Positions 27,861 to 38,328 are shown, counted from the stretch's first letter. The stretch: 44,441 nucleotides of DNA from Candidatus Thorarchaeota archaeon (GCA_011364905.1 RDNZ01000019.1:4354-48794), one strand, 5' to 3'. Translations and numbers: made by a program. The notes: generated by a model not told the origin, from the sequence alone.

Positions 27861-28724
27861 ATGAAAATAAAGGGATTCGATAAGGTTCGCGAAAAACTTC
27901 CAGCATATGCAGGAACCAGGATTGCAGTTCTTCCGCTCAGAGGAGCTCTGGCTGCATTGCTGGCCTACGTTTTTCTCGTTTCCATCAGTATTCTACCTCG
28001 TATGTTTAGCAGCATCACGCTCTTGGTGGTATTGGAACCCTTTCTGCCAATGCTTGGAGCGCTTTTCATTGCGGCATTGGGACTTTGGTTAATCTGGGGT
28101 GTCTGGAACAAGCGAGATCAAATGAAGAAGAAATATGGCAATCTTGGCTATCAGAAGATAATTCCTCGAGGAGTCACGGGCGTTTTCATGGTGCCTCCTC
28201 TGGTGTTTCTGGCATTCACATCCATTTCTGCTCTCCCACCCGTTCCCTCAACCAATCCTATCGTGATTCAGTGGTCAACCTCACTACTACAGCTCATTGG
28301 TATTGCACCTGTGGTTGATATATGGTTCAGGATAGTTGTTGCAGGAGTTCTAATCATTCTTGGCGTATTAACGGTACGAAGTGCCTTGGAAACATTCGGC
28401 ATCGATTATATGTTGGTGGTCTATCTCTACTTCCCTGAAGAGTCAGAGATTCAAGAGCATGAAATATACTCCGTTGTCCGTCATCCAACATATCTAGGAG
28501 GAGTTCTTCTGGCGACTGCTGGTCTGTTCTTTGGACTCTCAGTCTACTCCATTTTCTTTGGTCTCCTGACATATCTTGTCTTTAGACTGCAGATCTGGAA
28601 GGAAGAGAAGGAACTCGTGGAGAGGTTTGGTGAGGGGTACAATGAATATAGAAAGAAGGTTCCAGCTCTCCTTATTCGGCCAAGTAAGATTAAGGCCTAC
28701 TTCAGATTTCTGAGACCAGATTAG
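27861..28724 (+). CDS. Extended ICMT/PEMT-family membrane methyltransferase
   Basis: IYSVVRHPTYLG, EEKELVERFGEGYNEYRKKVP; extra N-terminal TM helices. Confidence 0.8.
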   Translation: MKIKGFDKVREKLPAYAGTRIAVLPLRGALAALLAYVFLVSISILPRMFSSITLLVVLEPFLPMLGALFIAALGLWLIWGVWNKRDQMKKKYGNLGYQKIIPRGVTGVFMVPPLVFLAFTSISALPPVPSTNPIVIQWSTSLLQLIGIAPVVDIWFRIVVAGVLIILGVLTVRSALETFGIDYMLVVYLYFPEESEIQEHEIYSVVRHPTYLGGVLLATAGLFFGLSVYSIFFGLLTYLVFRLQIWKEEKELVERFGEGYNEYRKKVPALLIRPSKIKAYFRFLRPD

Positions 28725-29356
28725 CTCTTGGAGAACCGAGTAGATAGACGATAGATAACACCGAATATCAGGGGAATCATCGCCCACACAGCAATACTCA
28801 GACGCACGTCAATGAGCGCTGCAGGTATGGCCAGCAGGAAAGAGGCAGTTGTAATCATAGAACGCCGCTTCTCATACTGAATGGTCGACTTAGAAACGGA
28901 AGGCGACACTAGCTTATTGTTTCGTGATGCATGGATCCACATCAATAGAAAAACAAACGAGGCACTTGCTACAACTCCAGAATAGAAAATCACAGATGCG
29001 GCGACAAACACTGTTGCACCAAGCACACCTGTAGCGAACGGTATTAAGGCAAGAAATAGCAGGAAAATAATGTTTAGCCATATGAGCCTATTGTCGTATT
29101 TCCTGATATATGAGAAGATGTCATGATGACGAACCCAGAAAGAGCCTATTATGAAAAAGCTAAGGGCATAGCTAGTGAACTTTGGAAGCATCGAGAAAAG
29201 AATCTCTGGTAATTGGCTTGCAAGCTCAGTAGCACTCAAGTCAGGCAACGCAAGTTCAATGACCAAGATAGTGGACACGATGGCCATGACTGCATCAGTA
29301 AAGAAGACGATACGCTCCAGTTCGAGACTTGTTTCAGTTGCTTCTCTAGTGCTCAT
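28721..29356 (-). CDS. TMEM175-family (DUF1211) potassium channel
   Basis: ERIVFFTDAVMAIVSTILVIEL, YALSFFIIGSFWVRHH, WLNIIFL...LIPFAT. Confidence 0.88.
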   Translation of the reverse strand: MSTREATETSLELERIVFFTDAVMAIVSTILVIELALPDLSATELASQLPEILFSMLPKFTSYALSFFIIGSFWVRHHDIFSYIRKYDNRLIWLNIIFLLFLALIPFATGVLGATVFVAASVIFYSGVVASASFVFLLMWIHASRNNKLVSPSVSKSTIQYEKRRSMITTASFLLAIPAALIDVRLSIAVWAMIPLIFGVIYRLSTRFSKS

Positions 29357-29495
29357 CTATCAGTCCTCGATTTCCATTGAGTCCGAGAACGTCTTCGTAT
29401 AACCCTTTGGTTACTACATCAACACCTCCGAAGTCCTTATTGGTATGTTCTTCAACAAATTTGTCACAATTGGCAGCCTAGTGGGAGGTTGTATA

Positions 29496-32318
29496 TTGTC
29501 GCGTGGAAAAAGTGCCCTATTAGTTACAGTGTGTCTACTCGTTCTACTGAGCTCATTTGTCTGGATACAACCAGTTCATGTAGAGAGCCTACAGAATGAA
29601 CCCGAAAATACTCGAATAATGACTCTGTCGAGCTATGCGCCGCATGAACCTATTGACATTAGAAATGACACCGCGCTGGCATTCTACGCAGTTTCAGGGA
29701 CAGGAAATGCTGGTATGCCCTACATTCTCGAAGGATGGAACATAACGACTGGTGATGAGCCAGCTATACTGATATTCGGAACGACCAAGTATTTTGTGAT
29801 TCGTAATTGCTGGTTGAAGGGGGCTAGAAGTGGATCGATTCATGGGTTACAGATAATCTCCGTTGCTGCTGGGACCGCAGTGATTGAACATGTCCATTGT
29901 GAGGATTGGGTAACGGGTATTGAGATAAGTTCAACATCCAAGGCTATAGTGAGGAGTTGTTCAATCCAAGACTGCAATTATGGATTACGGGTTAGCGCAA
30001 ACAATAGTACTATCTTCAACAACACGATTTTCGAAAACGACGGATGGGGTATAGGGATCTATAGCCAATCAACTATTGTGGCAAACAACACACTCTGGAG
30101 CAACGCTCATGGAGTAGAGGTATATACGAATAATGTGGTTGTTGAGAATAACACCTTAATTGATGATGGCTTTAGTTTCCAGTTGGGTTCGGTTGCAGAC
30201 TATGAAACCATCAGCCAACAGAACAATCTTGTAAATGGACTACCTCTTAAACTCCTAATAGACGAAGATGGAACGACCTATGACGGAGGGATAGGTCAGG
30301 CTATTCTGGTGAACTGCACCAATATCAAACTCTCAAATCAGAATCTCAGCTACAGTGAAACAGGAGCTTACTTGCGTTGGTGTACAGACTGCAAAATTAG
30401 CGATAGCCATATTGAACACAATGATGCTAGCGGGGTCTTTGTTGATCAGTCCCAAAGTGTCATCGTGGAAAATGCTGCCATTTCTAAGAACGTCTTGTAT
30501 GGCTTTGAGCTTTCCAGCAGTACAGTCAACATCACTGGATGTGAAATGGCAGAGAACAAGCGAGGCATTGATTTGACATCAGGAGGAGCTGTGTCAATCA
30601 AGCAGAACAAATTTGTTGACAGTGCTGATTATGGCGTTTTGTTCAGTACTTCTTGGAGTATGAATGTCATAGACAACACCTTTACTAATGATGGAGTGTT
30701 TGTTGGTGGCGCCCCATTGGAAACCTATGCAAGCTACGTCAATAATGTCACTGGCAATCTTGTCAATGGTAGACCATTGACGTTTTATTTCTCCCTTAGG
30801 GACACGACTATCTCCAGTCCACATGGGCAGGTTTTCCTTGCCAATTGCAGTAATGTGGTACTTGATTCTCTCAACTGCTCGAGCACCGTTATTGGTGCAG
30901 GAATCGTATTCAGTAGTAACTGCGCTATCATCGACTCAGACTGTAGTTCAGCAAAACAGGTAGGTGTATACATTATCCAATCAAACTTCACTCTTGTTCA
31001 GAATGTGAACTGCAATGATTCAAAGTTGTCAGGAATCGGCTCAAGTGGAGCAAGAGAAACAGAGCTGTTTGATAACTCCTGTAGTGGTTGTTCAACTGGA
31101 ATTCAACTCATATACTCGCAGTCAGGTCTAGTGTGGAGGAATACAATCTCAGGAAACTCCCGAAATGCAATCCGACTGTACAGTTCAGAAGACACTCGAA
31201 TCTATAGCAATGTATGCGATTACAATCTTGGTGCTGCAATTTGGGTGGAATCATCGGTTGGCCTCAAGATTGCCAACAACACTTGCCGCTCCAATAGCGG
31301 ATCTGGCATTTCCATCTGGGATTCCTCAGAAATTCTCTTGCAGGGCAATGAATGCAGTTTGAACTCGTATGCAGGTTTAGATGTAGAATTGGCTTGGAAC
31401 TGCATTCTCACCTCAAATCGGATTGTTGGGAACATGTTGTGGGGAATCTTTGTTGGAGGTGCATTCTACAACGATATCAGTTGGAACACAGTTATAGAGA
31501 ATTACGGCGAAGGAGTGCATATGTCAGGGTCACACACGACTCTTATGCACAACATCATCGCCCTCAACGACGGCTTTGGTCTCAATCTAGATACATGTAC
31601 AAATGTATCTGTGCATCACAATATCCTTGTGAATAATAACGGTGGACTTGTCCAAGGCCATGACACTGACCATCATGTGAACCGCTGGTATGACCCGAGT
31701 ACGGCGCAGGGCAACTATTGGTCAGACTGGGTTGGCTATGGACCATACTTTATAGACGGAAATCCAGAGGCCTTTGATCCCTACCCGTTAGGTGAATCAG
31801 ACTCTGATTTCGATACACTATATGACTCATGGGAGATTGCAAATGGACTTGACCCATTCTCAGCTGATTCGGATTCTGACTCGATTCCTGATGGTTGGGA
31901 AGTGATGTATGGACTGAATCCTCTTGCAGATGACGCAACAGATGATTTGGACGAGGATGGACTTTCAAACATTCAGGAGTTCATATTGGGACTAAATCCA
32001 GCGAGTGAAGACAGCGATGGGGACCTTATGCCAGACCATTGGGAGTTGGAGAACTACCTTAATCCATTGTTCAATGATGCAGGTCTCGATCCTGATGGCG
32101 ATGGGGTCTCTAATCTGAACGAGTACCTGGGAGGGACAAACCCACATGTTTCCGATATTTCACCTACAACAAGTACGACAACAATCCCAACAACAACATC
32201 TCCTGCTACGCCCAGTGACACATTGACCATAGCTGTGGCTGGAGTTGGAGGATTCGCACTCGCGATTTTTCTTGTATTGCTGATACAGAGAAAACCATTC
32301 CTCGGAAAGTCAAGCTAG
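29496..32318 (+). CDS. Cell-surface NosD/PbH1 parallel beta-helix protein with thrombospondin type-3-like Ca-binding repeats and C-terminal TM anchor
   Basis: PHEPIDI, G.G....PYILEG, NNT/GI repeats, NLVNG.PL x2, GNYWSDW, DPYPL, DSD.D.L.D.WE...GL(N/D)P repeats, Thr-rich linker plus TM; GGGAGG RBS before TTG 29496 (ORF open from 29445). Confidence 0.85.
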   Translation: MSRGKSALLVTVCLLVLLSSFVWIQPVHVESLQNEPENTRIMTLSSYAPHEPIDIRNDTALAFYAVSGTGNAGMPYILEGWNITTGDEPAILIFGTTKYFVIRNCWLKGARSGSIHGLQIISVAAGTAVIEHVHCEDWVTGIEISSTSKAIVRSCSIQDCNYGLRVSANNSTIFNNTIFENDGWGIGIYSQSTIVANNTLWSNAHGVEVYTNNVVVENNTLIDDGFSFQLGSVADYETISQQNNLVNGLPLKLLIDEDGTTYDGGIGQAILVNCTNIKLSNQNLSYSETGAYLRWCTDCKISDSHIEHNDASGVFVDQSQSVIVENAAISKNVLYGFELSSSTVNITGCEMAENKRGIDLTSGGAVSIKQNKFVDSADYGVLFSTSWSMNVIDNTFTNDGVFVGGAPLETYASYVNNVTGNLVNGRPLTFYFSLRDTTISSPHGQVFLANCSNVVLDSLNCSSTVIGAGIVFSSNCAIIDSDCSSAKQVGVYIIQSNFTLVQNVNCNDSKLSGIGSSGARETELFDNSCSGCSTGIQLIYSQSGLVWRNTISGNSRNAIRLYSSEDTRIYSNVCDYNLGAAIWVESSVGLKIANNTCRSNSGSGISIWDSSEILLQGNECSLNSYAGLDVELAWNCILTSNRIVGNMLWGIFVGGAFYNDISWNTVIENYGEGVHMSGSHTTLMHNIIALNDGFGLNLDTCTNVSVHHNILVNNNGGLVQGHDTDHHVNRWYDPSTAQGNYWSDWVGYGPYFIDGNPEAFDPYPLGESDSDFDTLYDSWEIANGLDPFSADSDSDSIPDGWEVMYGLNPLADDATDDLDEDGLSNIQEFILGLNPASEDSDGDLMPDHWELENYLNPLFNDAGLDPDGDGVSNLNEYLGGTNPHVSDISPTTSTTTIPTTTSPATPSDTLTIAVAGVGGFALAIFLVLLIQRKPFLGKSS

Positions 32319-32552
32319 ATCATCTTGTGGCAAAGCATGTCTTGAACCATCCACCCACGGTGTCTATCATCTTAGTATTCAAGTGATAGGGAAACATGTA
32401 CATGAAGAACGAAATTTGCACATTCCAGAACACCCGTGAGATGCTAACTAAATGAATGATCCAACCTTTTGTCGACTCTGGAGGCAGATTACTTAGTCCC
32501 GAAATATAATAACTAGGTGATAGAGTATCTGCCTTAATGGAGAAGAGGTAAG

Positions 32553-34238
32553 ATGAAACATGAATCTGGACCTCAGTGCCCTGAGAGGAAACCGAATTCG
32601 AAAAGACACAATGTCCTCATTGTTGTACTGGTTGCTATTGCCAGTGCAATCTGGCTAGCCATCAGAACTGGATCCAAACCTTCACGGATTCTCTACCCAT
32701 GCCAGCAGGCAGCTCTTGCAAACATCACACTCCTCAAGACAATGATGACTCTATCAATCCCAAGTGTTTCCAGTCTTCGAACAGCGGTTGCTTGGTTGAA
32801 ACCCATAGTGATTCTATCCATTATATCTGTGGGCGGATTTGCAGTAGCAACGGATTCGTTCAGCAGTGGACCTGAACCTCTTCAAGCTGACTCAAATCAT
32901 GAGCGTGTCCCCATCGTTCTCAATCCTCAGACCGCTTTAGTTCAAGAGAACGCCTCAAATCTCTTTTTCGTGCAGAACGCCACAGGACTAGAAGGAAATA
33001 TGGACTTGTCAGTGGCTGAACTTCTTGACCTGATGGAATCAGAAGGTTTACACTTCTATCAAACCTCAAATACACCTGAGGGTCTGATTGCTAGTGATGA
33101 TGTGATAATAATCAAGATGAATGGACAGTGGGACTACAGAGGTGGTACGAATACTGACCTTATCAAGAGTGTGATTCAGATGATTATTGACCATCCAGAT
33201 GGATTTACTGGAGAGGTGATTATATCTGATAATGGCCAAGGTCTCGGAAATCTAGATAGACGTTTCCCCAACTCATATTATCAGAATCAGTCTGCAGCGG
33301 ATCTTGCCGAATTCTTCAGTCCAGAGTGGGACGTAAGCACCGTTCTTTGGGATGACCTAAGAAGCACCACTGTTGATGACTACAACCTAGATGATTTCTC
33401 AAATGGTTATGTTCGAAGTTCAGTATGGCATGAGGACACTGAGTTATATGTGTCCTATCCCAAGTTCCAGAGCCCGGCAACTGGAGCTTATATCAGCTTC
33501 AAACAGGGAGTCTGGACCAACAGTTCAGGCTTTGATTCAGACCGTTTAAAGGTCATTAACATGCCTGTCCTGAAGACACATTTCCGGTATGGTGTGACTG
33601 GATGCATCAAGCACTACATGGGAGTTCCCCAGGGATACATTGCAGATGCTGTCGACACCTCAATCCCGCATGAACACTTCTCAATTGGATTAGGCGGAAT
33701 GGGGACGCTTATGGCTGAAACCCGATTCCCAGTCCTCAACATCTTGGATATGGTCTGGATCAATGCCAATCCATTAGAGAGCTCCTATATCGTGGGACCA
33801 TATTCAAGCTATCCAGTTGCAAGAGCCACAGACATCATTGGCGCAAGTCTTGATCCCGTTGCCATGGATTACTGGGTTGCCAAACATGTTCTCATACCCA
33901 CGACAGAGTATCTGAACTATACTGATTACACATCCCTAGATCCAGACAATGATACAATTCACCAGAATTTGGGAAATGGTATGATTATGCAGGACGAGTC
34001 CTTCCATAACTACTTGGAGCGGTCCATGAATCAGTTGATTGATGCTGGATACCAAGTCACGATGAATGAAACTGAGATGAATGTTTTCGTGTCAGCCATG
34101 GCGGCACCAGGCCCTGTCACTCCCACTACCCCTACAACCTCAGGGACCATGGATTATCTCCCAATTGCCATAGGGGCAATAGCGATAGGATTGTTCGTGG
34201 TTGTGTTGATTGTACTGAGGAAACGTGGAATTTATTGA
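32553..34238 (+). CDS. Membrane-anchored DUF362-family protein
   Basis: WL.IRTG.KPSR..YPCQQAA N-terminal motif, DDVIIIKMN, TNTD, INMPVLKTH...GVTGCIKHYMG, ASLDPVAMD. Confidence 0.78.
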   Translation: MKHESGPQCPERKPNSKRHNVLIVVLVAIASAIWLAIRTGSKPSRILYPCQQAALANITLLKTMMTLSIPSVSSLRTAVAWLKPIVILSIISVGGFAVATDSFSSGPEPLQADSNHERVPIVLNPQTALVQENASNLFFVQNATGLEGNMDLSVAELLDLMESEGLHFYQTSNTPEGLIASDDVIIIKMNGQWDYRGGTNTDLIKSVIQMIIDHPDGFTGEVIISDNGQGLGNLDRRFPNSYYQNQSAADLAEFFSPEWDVSTVLWDDLRSTTVDDYNLDDFSNGYVRSSVWHEDTELYVSYPKFQSPATGAYISFKQGVWTNSSGFDSDRLKVINMPVLKTHFRYGVTGCIKHYMGVPQGYIADAVDTSIPHEHFSIGLGGMGTLMAETRFPVLNILDMVWINANPLESSYIVGPYSSYPVARATDIIGASLDPVAMDYWVAKHVLIPTTEYLNYTDYTSLDPDNDTIHQNLGNGMIMQDESFHNYLERSMNQLIDAGYQVTMNETEMNVFVSAMAAPGPVTPTTPTTSGTMDYLPIAIGAIAIGLFVVVLIVLRKRGIY

Positions 34239-34269
34239 ACTTGATTCTTCCAGCTACAAATGTCAAAGG

Positions 34270-35052
34270 TTATGGTTTCCACTTCTTGGTGAACCAATCA
34301 ACCACAGTCTTCATGGTGATCTCAAATGCTCGAGAGTCTGAGAGGTTATGATCGGCTCCCTCTACAATGACTAAGTCCTTAGATTCTCCAGCTAGTTCGT
34401 AGAGCCTCTTTACTCCCGCCAGAGGGATGCCAACATCATCTGTACCATGAATTATCAATAACGTGCGAGAAGCTATCTTTGCTATCTCGTTCATTGGATT
34501 GTATATCTTCGCATCATCGACCATTGCATGAAGGATTTCCTCCCGTATCTCTGGATTCTCGATACCACGGATCTGGGCTGAATCTGTTTCAAAAATTTGT
34601 TCAACAGAGTGGCGTATCATTGGAGATTCCGAGAACCAAAGTGTGTCAAAAACAGGTGCCCTCAAGCAGACTGCATCACATCGCGAGTCCTCAGCAAGAG
34701 CACAGATGGCAACTGCTGCACCCCAGCTTGCTGCGTATATGCCAGACCAGGAATCCAGAGTCAAATCAGACTCCAGAAGATGAGTTATTGCACGTTTTGC
34801 ATCCTTGATCTGACCTGACAAGGTGAATATTCCATCACTCCGTCTGAACCCACGGAAGTCAAAGGTCAGGACTGCAAACCCAGCCTCTGCGAGCTTTGTT
34901 GCAAGACCACCAACTATGTCGGGCCCACCTGGGAGACCGTGGAACTTGCATATCCCGGGGAATGGACCCTCTCCGGAGGGTGTAACAAAGTATCCTCTGA
35001 TTGTTTCCCCTTCTGATGTGAACTCAGTCGGAATAATCTTCACATCTGCCAT
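34270..35052 (-). CDS. Alpha/beta-fold hydrolase
   Basis: FHGLPG, FDFRGFRRSDG, AASWGA nucleophile elbow, IIHGTDD, EGADHNL. Confidence 0.85.
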   Translation of the reverse strand: MADVKIIPTEFTSEGETIRGYFVTPSGEGPFPGICKFHGLPGGPDIVGGLATKLAEAGFAVLTFDFRGFRRSDGIFTLSGQIKDAKRAITHLLESDLTLDSWSGIYAASWGAAVAICALAEDSRCDAVCLRAPVFDTLWFSESPMIRHSVEQIFETDSAQIRGIENPEIREEILHAMVDDAKIYNPMNEIAKIASRTLLIIHGTDDVGIPLAGVKRLYELAGESKDLVIVEGADHNLSDSRAFEITMKTVVDWFTKKWKP

Positions 35053-35067
35053 GCCTAATTCACCGAA

Positions 35068-35778
35068 CTATAAGCTGGATTCCTTTGCCTTTTGATACGC
35101 GTCGTTGTACCATTCCCTGAGCTCTTTTTCAGGCTCCAGAGGTCGGCTGATACCTTCTAGCGTATCTTTTGACATCTTGCCTTCTTTGATGAGTTGTGTT
35201 CCAGCTTTCCTTGTCTCACTGAGAACTTCTTCTGCCTTTTCCTTGTATTTATTCATAAGAAATGCATGAGGTCTCAGAACAGCTCCCGAGAACTCAACAC
35301 TTGCATCCTTGGCCATATGTTCCACAAAATGGACCACTAGGTCCATGTTCTCCTTCTCCCACCAACCCCCGGTTGAAACCAATACTATCTTGGATATCTT
35401 CACATCATCATGGAACTTCGCGCGAGTGCGACCATCACGAAACTCTAGGATGGGCTCGATGAGGGGCATTAGTCTGTTTAGTAGGTTCTGTATTTCTCCT
35501 GGAAGTGGAAAATAGATTGGTATTGCAAGTACAAGGATGTCAGCTTCTCGAAACTTTGGATAGAGCTTCTCCATATCATCAGTCTGGCTGCATTTCCCTA
35601 CCTTTTCATACCAGCAGTCGAAGTCTCCGAGACACGGTCTAATCTTGAAACGCTTAGCAAAAATGGTTTCAACCGTTGCACCAGCTTCTTCCATGCCCTC
35701 TACAAAAGCGGTCAGCATCTTGTGTGTGTCCCCCTTTTCCATTCGGGCACTCCCATTGATCGCGAGCACTCTCGTCAC
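35068..35778 (-). CDS. Flavodoxin/NADPH-dependent FMN reductase-family (iron-sulfur flavoprotein-like) protein
   Basis: AINGSAR, PCLGDFDCW....GKC...DDM, ADILVLAIPIY; GTG start. Confidence 0.82.
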   Translation of the reverse strand: MTRVLAINGSARMEKGDTHKMLTAFVEGMEEAGATVETIFAKRFKIRPCLGDFDCWYEKVGKCSQTDDMEKLYPKFREADILVLAIPIYFPLPGEIQNLLNRLMPLIEPILEFRDGRTRAKFHDDVKISKIVLVSTGGWWEKENMDLVVHFVEHMAKDASVEFSGAVLRPHAFLMNKYKEKAEEVLSETRKAGTQLIKEGKMSKDTLEGISRPLEPEKELREWYNDAYQKAKESSL

Positions 35779-35829
35779 TGTATCACCACGCTGAGCAACC
35801 TTGAGAATGGTGCGCTAAAAACAATTCGA

Positions 35830-36618
35830 CTAAGGTTCCATGTCCTCCATCGTGACACTTGGATTTGTATAACGACCTCTGCTTTCCGTTCCAGATCCAA
35901 ACTGAATGGCACTCTCTGGACACCAGTTGATACAGGCAAGACACTGCTGGCATCCATGTAACCACTCAGGTCTACCTTCTTTCATCCGGATATTTTGAAC
36001 TGGGCAAATACGTACACAGGTTTCGCACTCTGTGCAATTCTCATCAACCCAGAACTTTTCATCGGAGCCATTCACACGCTCTATGAACTGCTTGTAGCTG
36101 CGGGAAGGCCAGGAGTAGGACGAGAGTTGGGAAGATGGGAGATGGATTGTCCGATTCCGGAGTGTGACCACGATTTCCTCGATGGCGTTGGCTGCGTTGC
36201 AAAGGATTCTTTGAATACCGCTTTCAGATGGAGCGTCATAGTCGATAATATAATTGGAGGGCATCCTCAGGGGAAACCCTGCCGAAAGATCAAGACCGAT
36301 TTTCTGGAGTTCGGCTCTGAGTTGAGCAAGTGCAAATTCTGGTTCTCCAGCATGGGTTACAACTGCAAAGATGTAACTGGCACTATGACCTTTCAATGAG
36401 CGGATGAATTCTAGAACTTTGAGTGGTAGCCCACCCCAATACACTGGAAAAACAATGCCTAGAATCTCATGTGGCTCATCGTAATCATTAGAATGGGCAT
36501 GTGCAATCGGGATGACATCCGCATCTCCAAGAGCGTCAGTGATCGCCTTTGCCACCATTAGGGAGTTTCCAGTTCCTGTAAAATAGAATATTCTATGCTT
36601 CAGGTTGATTTCCTCCAA
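35830..36618 (-). CDS. EFR1-family flavodoxin/ferredoxin fusion
   Basis: YFTGTGNS, GIVFPVY, MPSNYI, CTECETCVRICP, CQQCLACINWCP. Confidence 0.9.
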   Translation of the reverse strand: MEEINLKHRIFYFTGTGNSLMVAKAITDALGDADVIPIAHAHSNDYDEPHEILGIVFPVYWGGLPLKVLEFIRSLKGHSASYIFAVVTHAGEPEFALAQLRAELQKIGLDLSAGFPLRMPSNYIIDYDAPSESGIQRILCNAANAIEEIVVTLRNRTIHLPSSQLSSYSWPSRSYKQFIERVNGSDEKFWVDENCTECETCVRICPVQNIRMKEGRPEWLHGCQQCLACINWCPESAIQFGSGTESRGRYTNPSVTMEDMEP

Positions 36619-36765
36619 TCGGACCTGCTCAGTGATTTTCGATTAAATACATGTCTTATACCTTCACATGTCGGTGAATTCAGAAATATTACGCATCAGG
36701 GTGGCAAATGAGTGAAATAAGTCTTGGACTAGTTTATCCTTTCTGAGGAAACATGGAAGACAGAA

Positions 36766-37350
36766 TCAAAGGACTGCGCCACAGTTCCTGCACAGGGTGC
36801 TGAGTGCAGTGTTGTCATAGTTACAGTATGGACACTCGCGTACATCACCTATCCGCTCGAAGGCCATAGTAGAGTTGTAGTCTTGGCCCTTTATCTCAAA
36901 CACCTCATCCGACATTGGGTCATAAATCCGTATTGTATAGATTGGTCTATTATTACTCCTGTGGGTGACCCGAGACTCGAGGAACTGCCCAATGGGTTTA
37001 CCTGCGAAATGATGAAGGGAAATTTCCTTGATGATATTCGCACCCCTGACCTCAAGAATTCTCTCACTTGTTAGATAGTATCGTGTCCTTTTGGTTTGGA
37101 TAAACAAGGCTACTTCGCCGATTATTCCAGCTGCAACTAGTATGGCAAAGAGAAATGCCAATGGAGAGCTAAGTTCCTGAATGACTCCGAAGAGTACGGC
37201 TGGGCCTCCTATCACAATGATAAAACCAAAAAAGATGAGCCAAAATCCAGTCCCGGCTCTCCTTGTCCACACAATGCTCTCTCCCGCCAAGAGCCCTTCC
37301 TCTGGCGGGTCGAAACGTCCTGTGATGGAGTAGGTTCGGGATTCGTCCAT
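36766..37350 (-). CDS. 2-TM protein with bacterial PH-like domain and C-terminal double zinc ribbon
   Basis: LLAGESIVW, two TMs, TRYYLTSERIL, CPYC...N.....LCRNCGAVL. Confidence 0.7.
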   Translation of the reverse strand: MDESRTYSITGRFDPPEEGLLAGESIVWTRRAGTGFWLIFFGFIIVIGGPAVLFGVIQELSSPLAFLFAILVAAGIIGEVALFIQTKRTRYYLTSERILEVRGANIIKEISLHHFAGKPIGQFLESRVTHRSNNRPIYTIRIYDPMSDEVFEIKGQDYNSTMAFERIGDVRECPYCNYDNTALSTLCRNCGAVL

Positions 37351-37545
37351 AGCGATGTTCAGCCCCTTAATTTCACTATATACTCGTAGGCTGCACTTTT
37401 AATCCATGTTCGTAGGTCGGTCACGCTATTCTGCTGGGTTTTCCATTGATTTGCATCATGAAAACTCATACTTGATTATGAAAATTCAGCTTTGGGCTTG
37501 AGGAGCCTATTTCTTAGTTTGAGTGCATGTCTATCGTGGTGATAG

Positions 37546-37791
37546 ATGATGAATAATCGCGTGAACGAACATGCATTCTCGATAGAACTTGATTCTAAGA
37601 GACACCTGAGCCTCGAACAACCCAAGGATGTCGATGGCCCAGTACTAGTCGAAGGGACCCTTGGCAGACTTCTCAGCAAGGAGTTTGTAGAGGGAGCGAT
37701 GCTTGAACTCAAAGGAACAAGGGGTGTCCTGAGATTGGACATCACCGAGTCGGAGTGGAACAACCTAGTTCGGATGGAGGTGGATGTGTAA
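37546..37791 (+). CDS. Small hypothetical protein
   Basis: 81-aa ORF with GGTGA RBS; TAATG overlap with next gene; EHAFSIEL..K...VLVEGTLG...LELKGTRGVLRLD. Confidence 0.65.
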   Translation: MMNNRVNEHAFSIELDSKRHLSLEQPKDVDGPVLVEGTLGRLLSKEFVEGAMLELKGTRGVLRLDITESEWNNLVRMEVDV

Positions 37792-38327
37792 TGGCAAAAC
37801 CACAATTCGATCTTGTAGAACAGAAAGTGAGAGAGAAGACCTTTGCAGTCTTGAGCACAGTCGACTCAAAGAACCGTCCGCACTCAACGGGAATCATCTT
37901 TGCAGTTTCGCCTCCTGGTGAAGAGTTGGCATTCTATGTTGTGACCCAATCAAAATCAGCAAAGACCAGGAACATCAAAAGGAACCCCAATGTCTCACTT
38001 GTGGTGACCTTCCCTCACCACTATCTTCGTTTTATCCCGGACAGCACGGTCATGTTCAGGGGAACAGCTGAAATAGTTTCACTCCAAAACGAGGGGGCTC
38101 AAGCAGCCTTTGGACAGAAGAAGATGACACAGATGAACCTCGAGGTTGACTCAGAAGTCCTGAAAGCTTCTGTTGTCATTCGTATTCGACCGAGTAAGAC
38201 AGTCTACTGTTATGGGGTGGGCATCGGACTAAATCAGATGAGGAAAGATCCGACCTCTGCCAGGTATAAAGTTGAGATTCCATCGGAGCGGCTTGCCAAA
38301 GCGTCACTTGTAATGGAGTTGGTCTAG
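37791..38327 (+). CDS. Pyridoxamine 5'-phosphate oxidase-like (flavin/F420 split-barrel) protein
   Basis: AVLSTVDSKNRPHS, SAKTRNIKRNPNVSL, FRGTAEIV; GGAGGT RBS. Confidence 0.8.
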   Translation: MAKPQFDLVEQKVREKTFAVLSTVDSKNRPHSTGIIFAVSPPGEELAFYVVTQSKSAKTRNIKRNPNVSLVVTFPHHYLRFIPDSTVMFRGTAEIVSLQNEGAQAAFGQKKMTQMNLEVDSEVLKASVVIRIRPSKTVYCYGVGIGLNQMRKDPTSARYKVEIPSERLAKASLVMELV

Positions 38328-38328
38328 A

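Noticed and set aside
31790-32150. Periodic sequence that could be a DNA repeat or CRISPR array
   Set aside because: Periodicity is at protein level (DxDxDG..D..E...GL[ND]P Ca-binding repeats); nucleotide copies are divergent with no spacer structure
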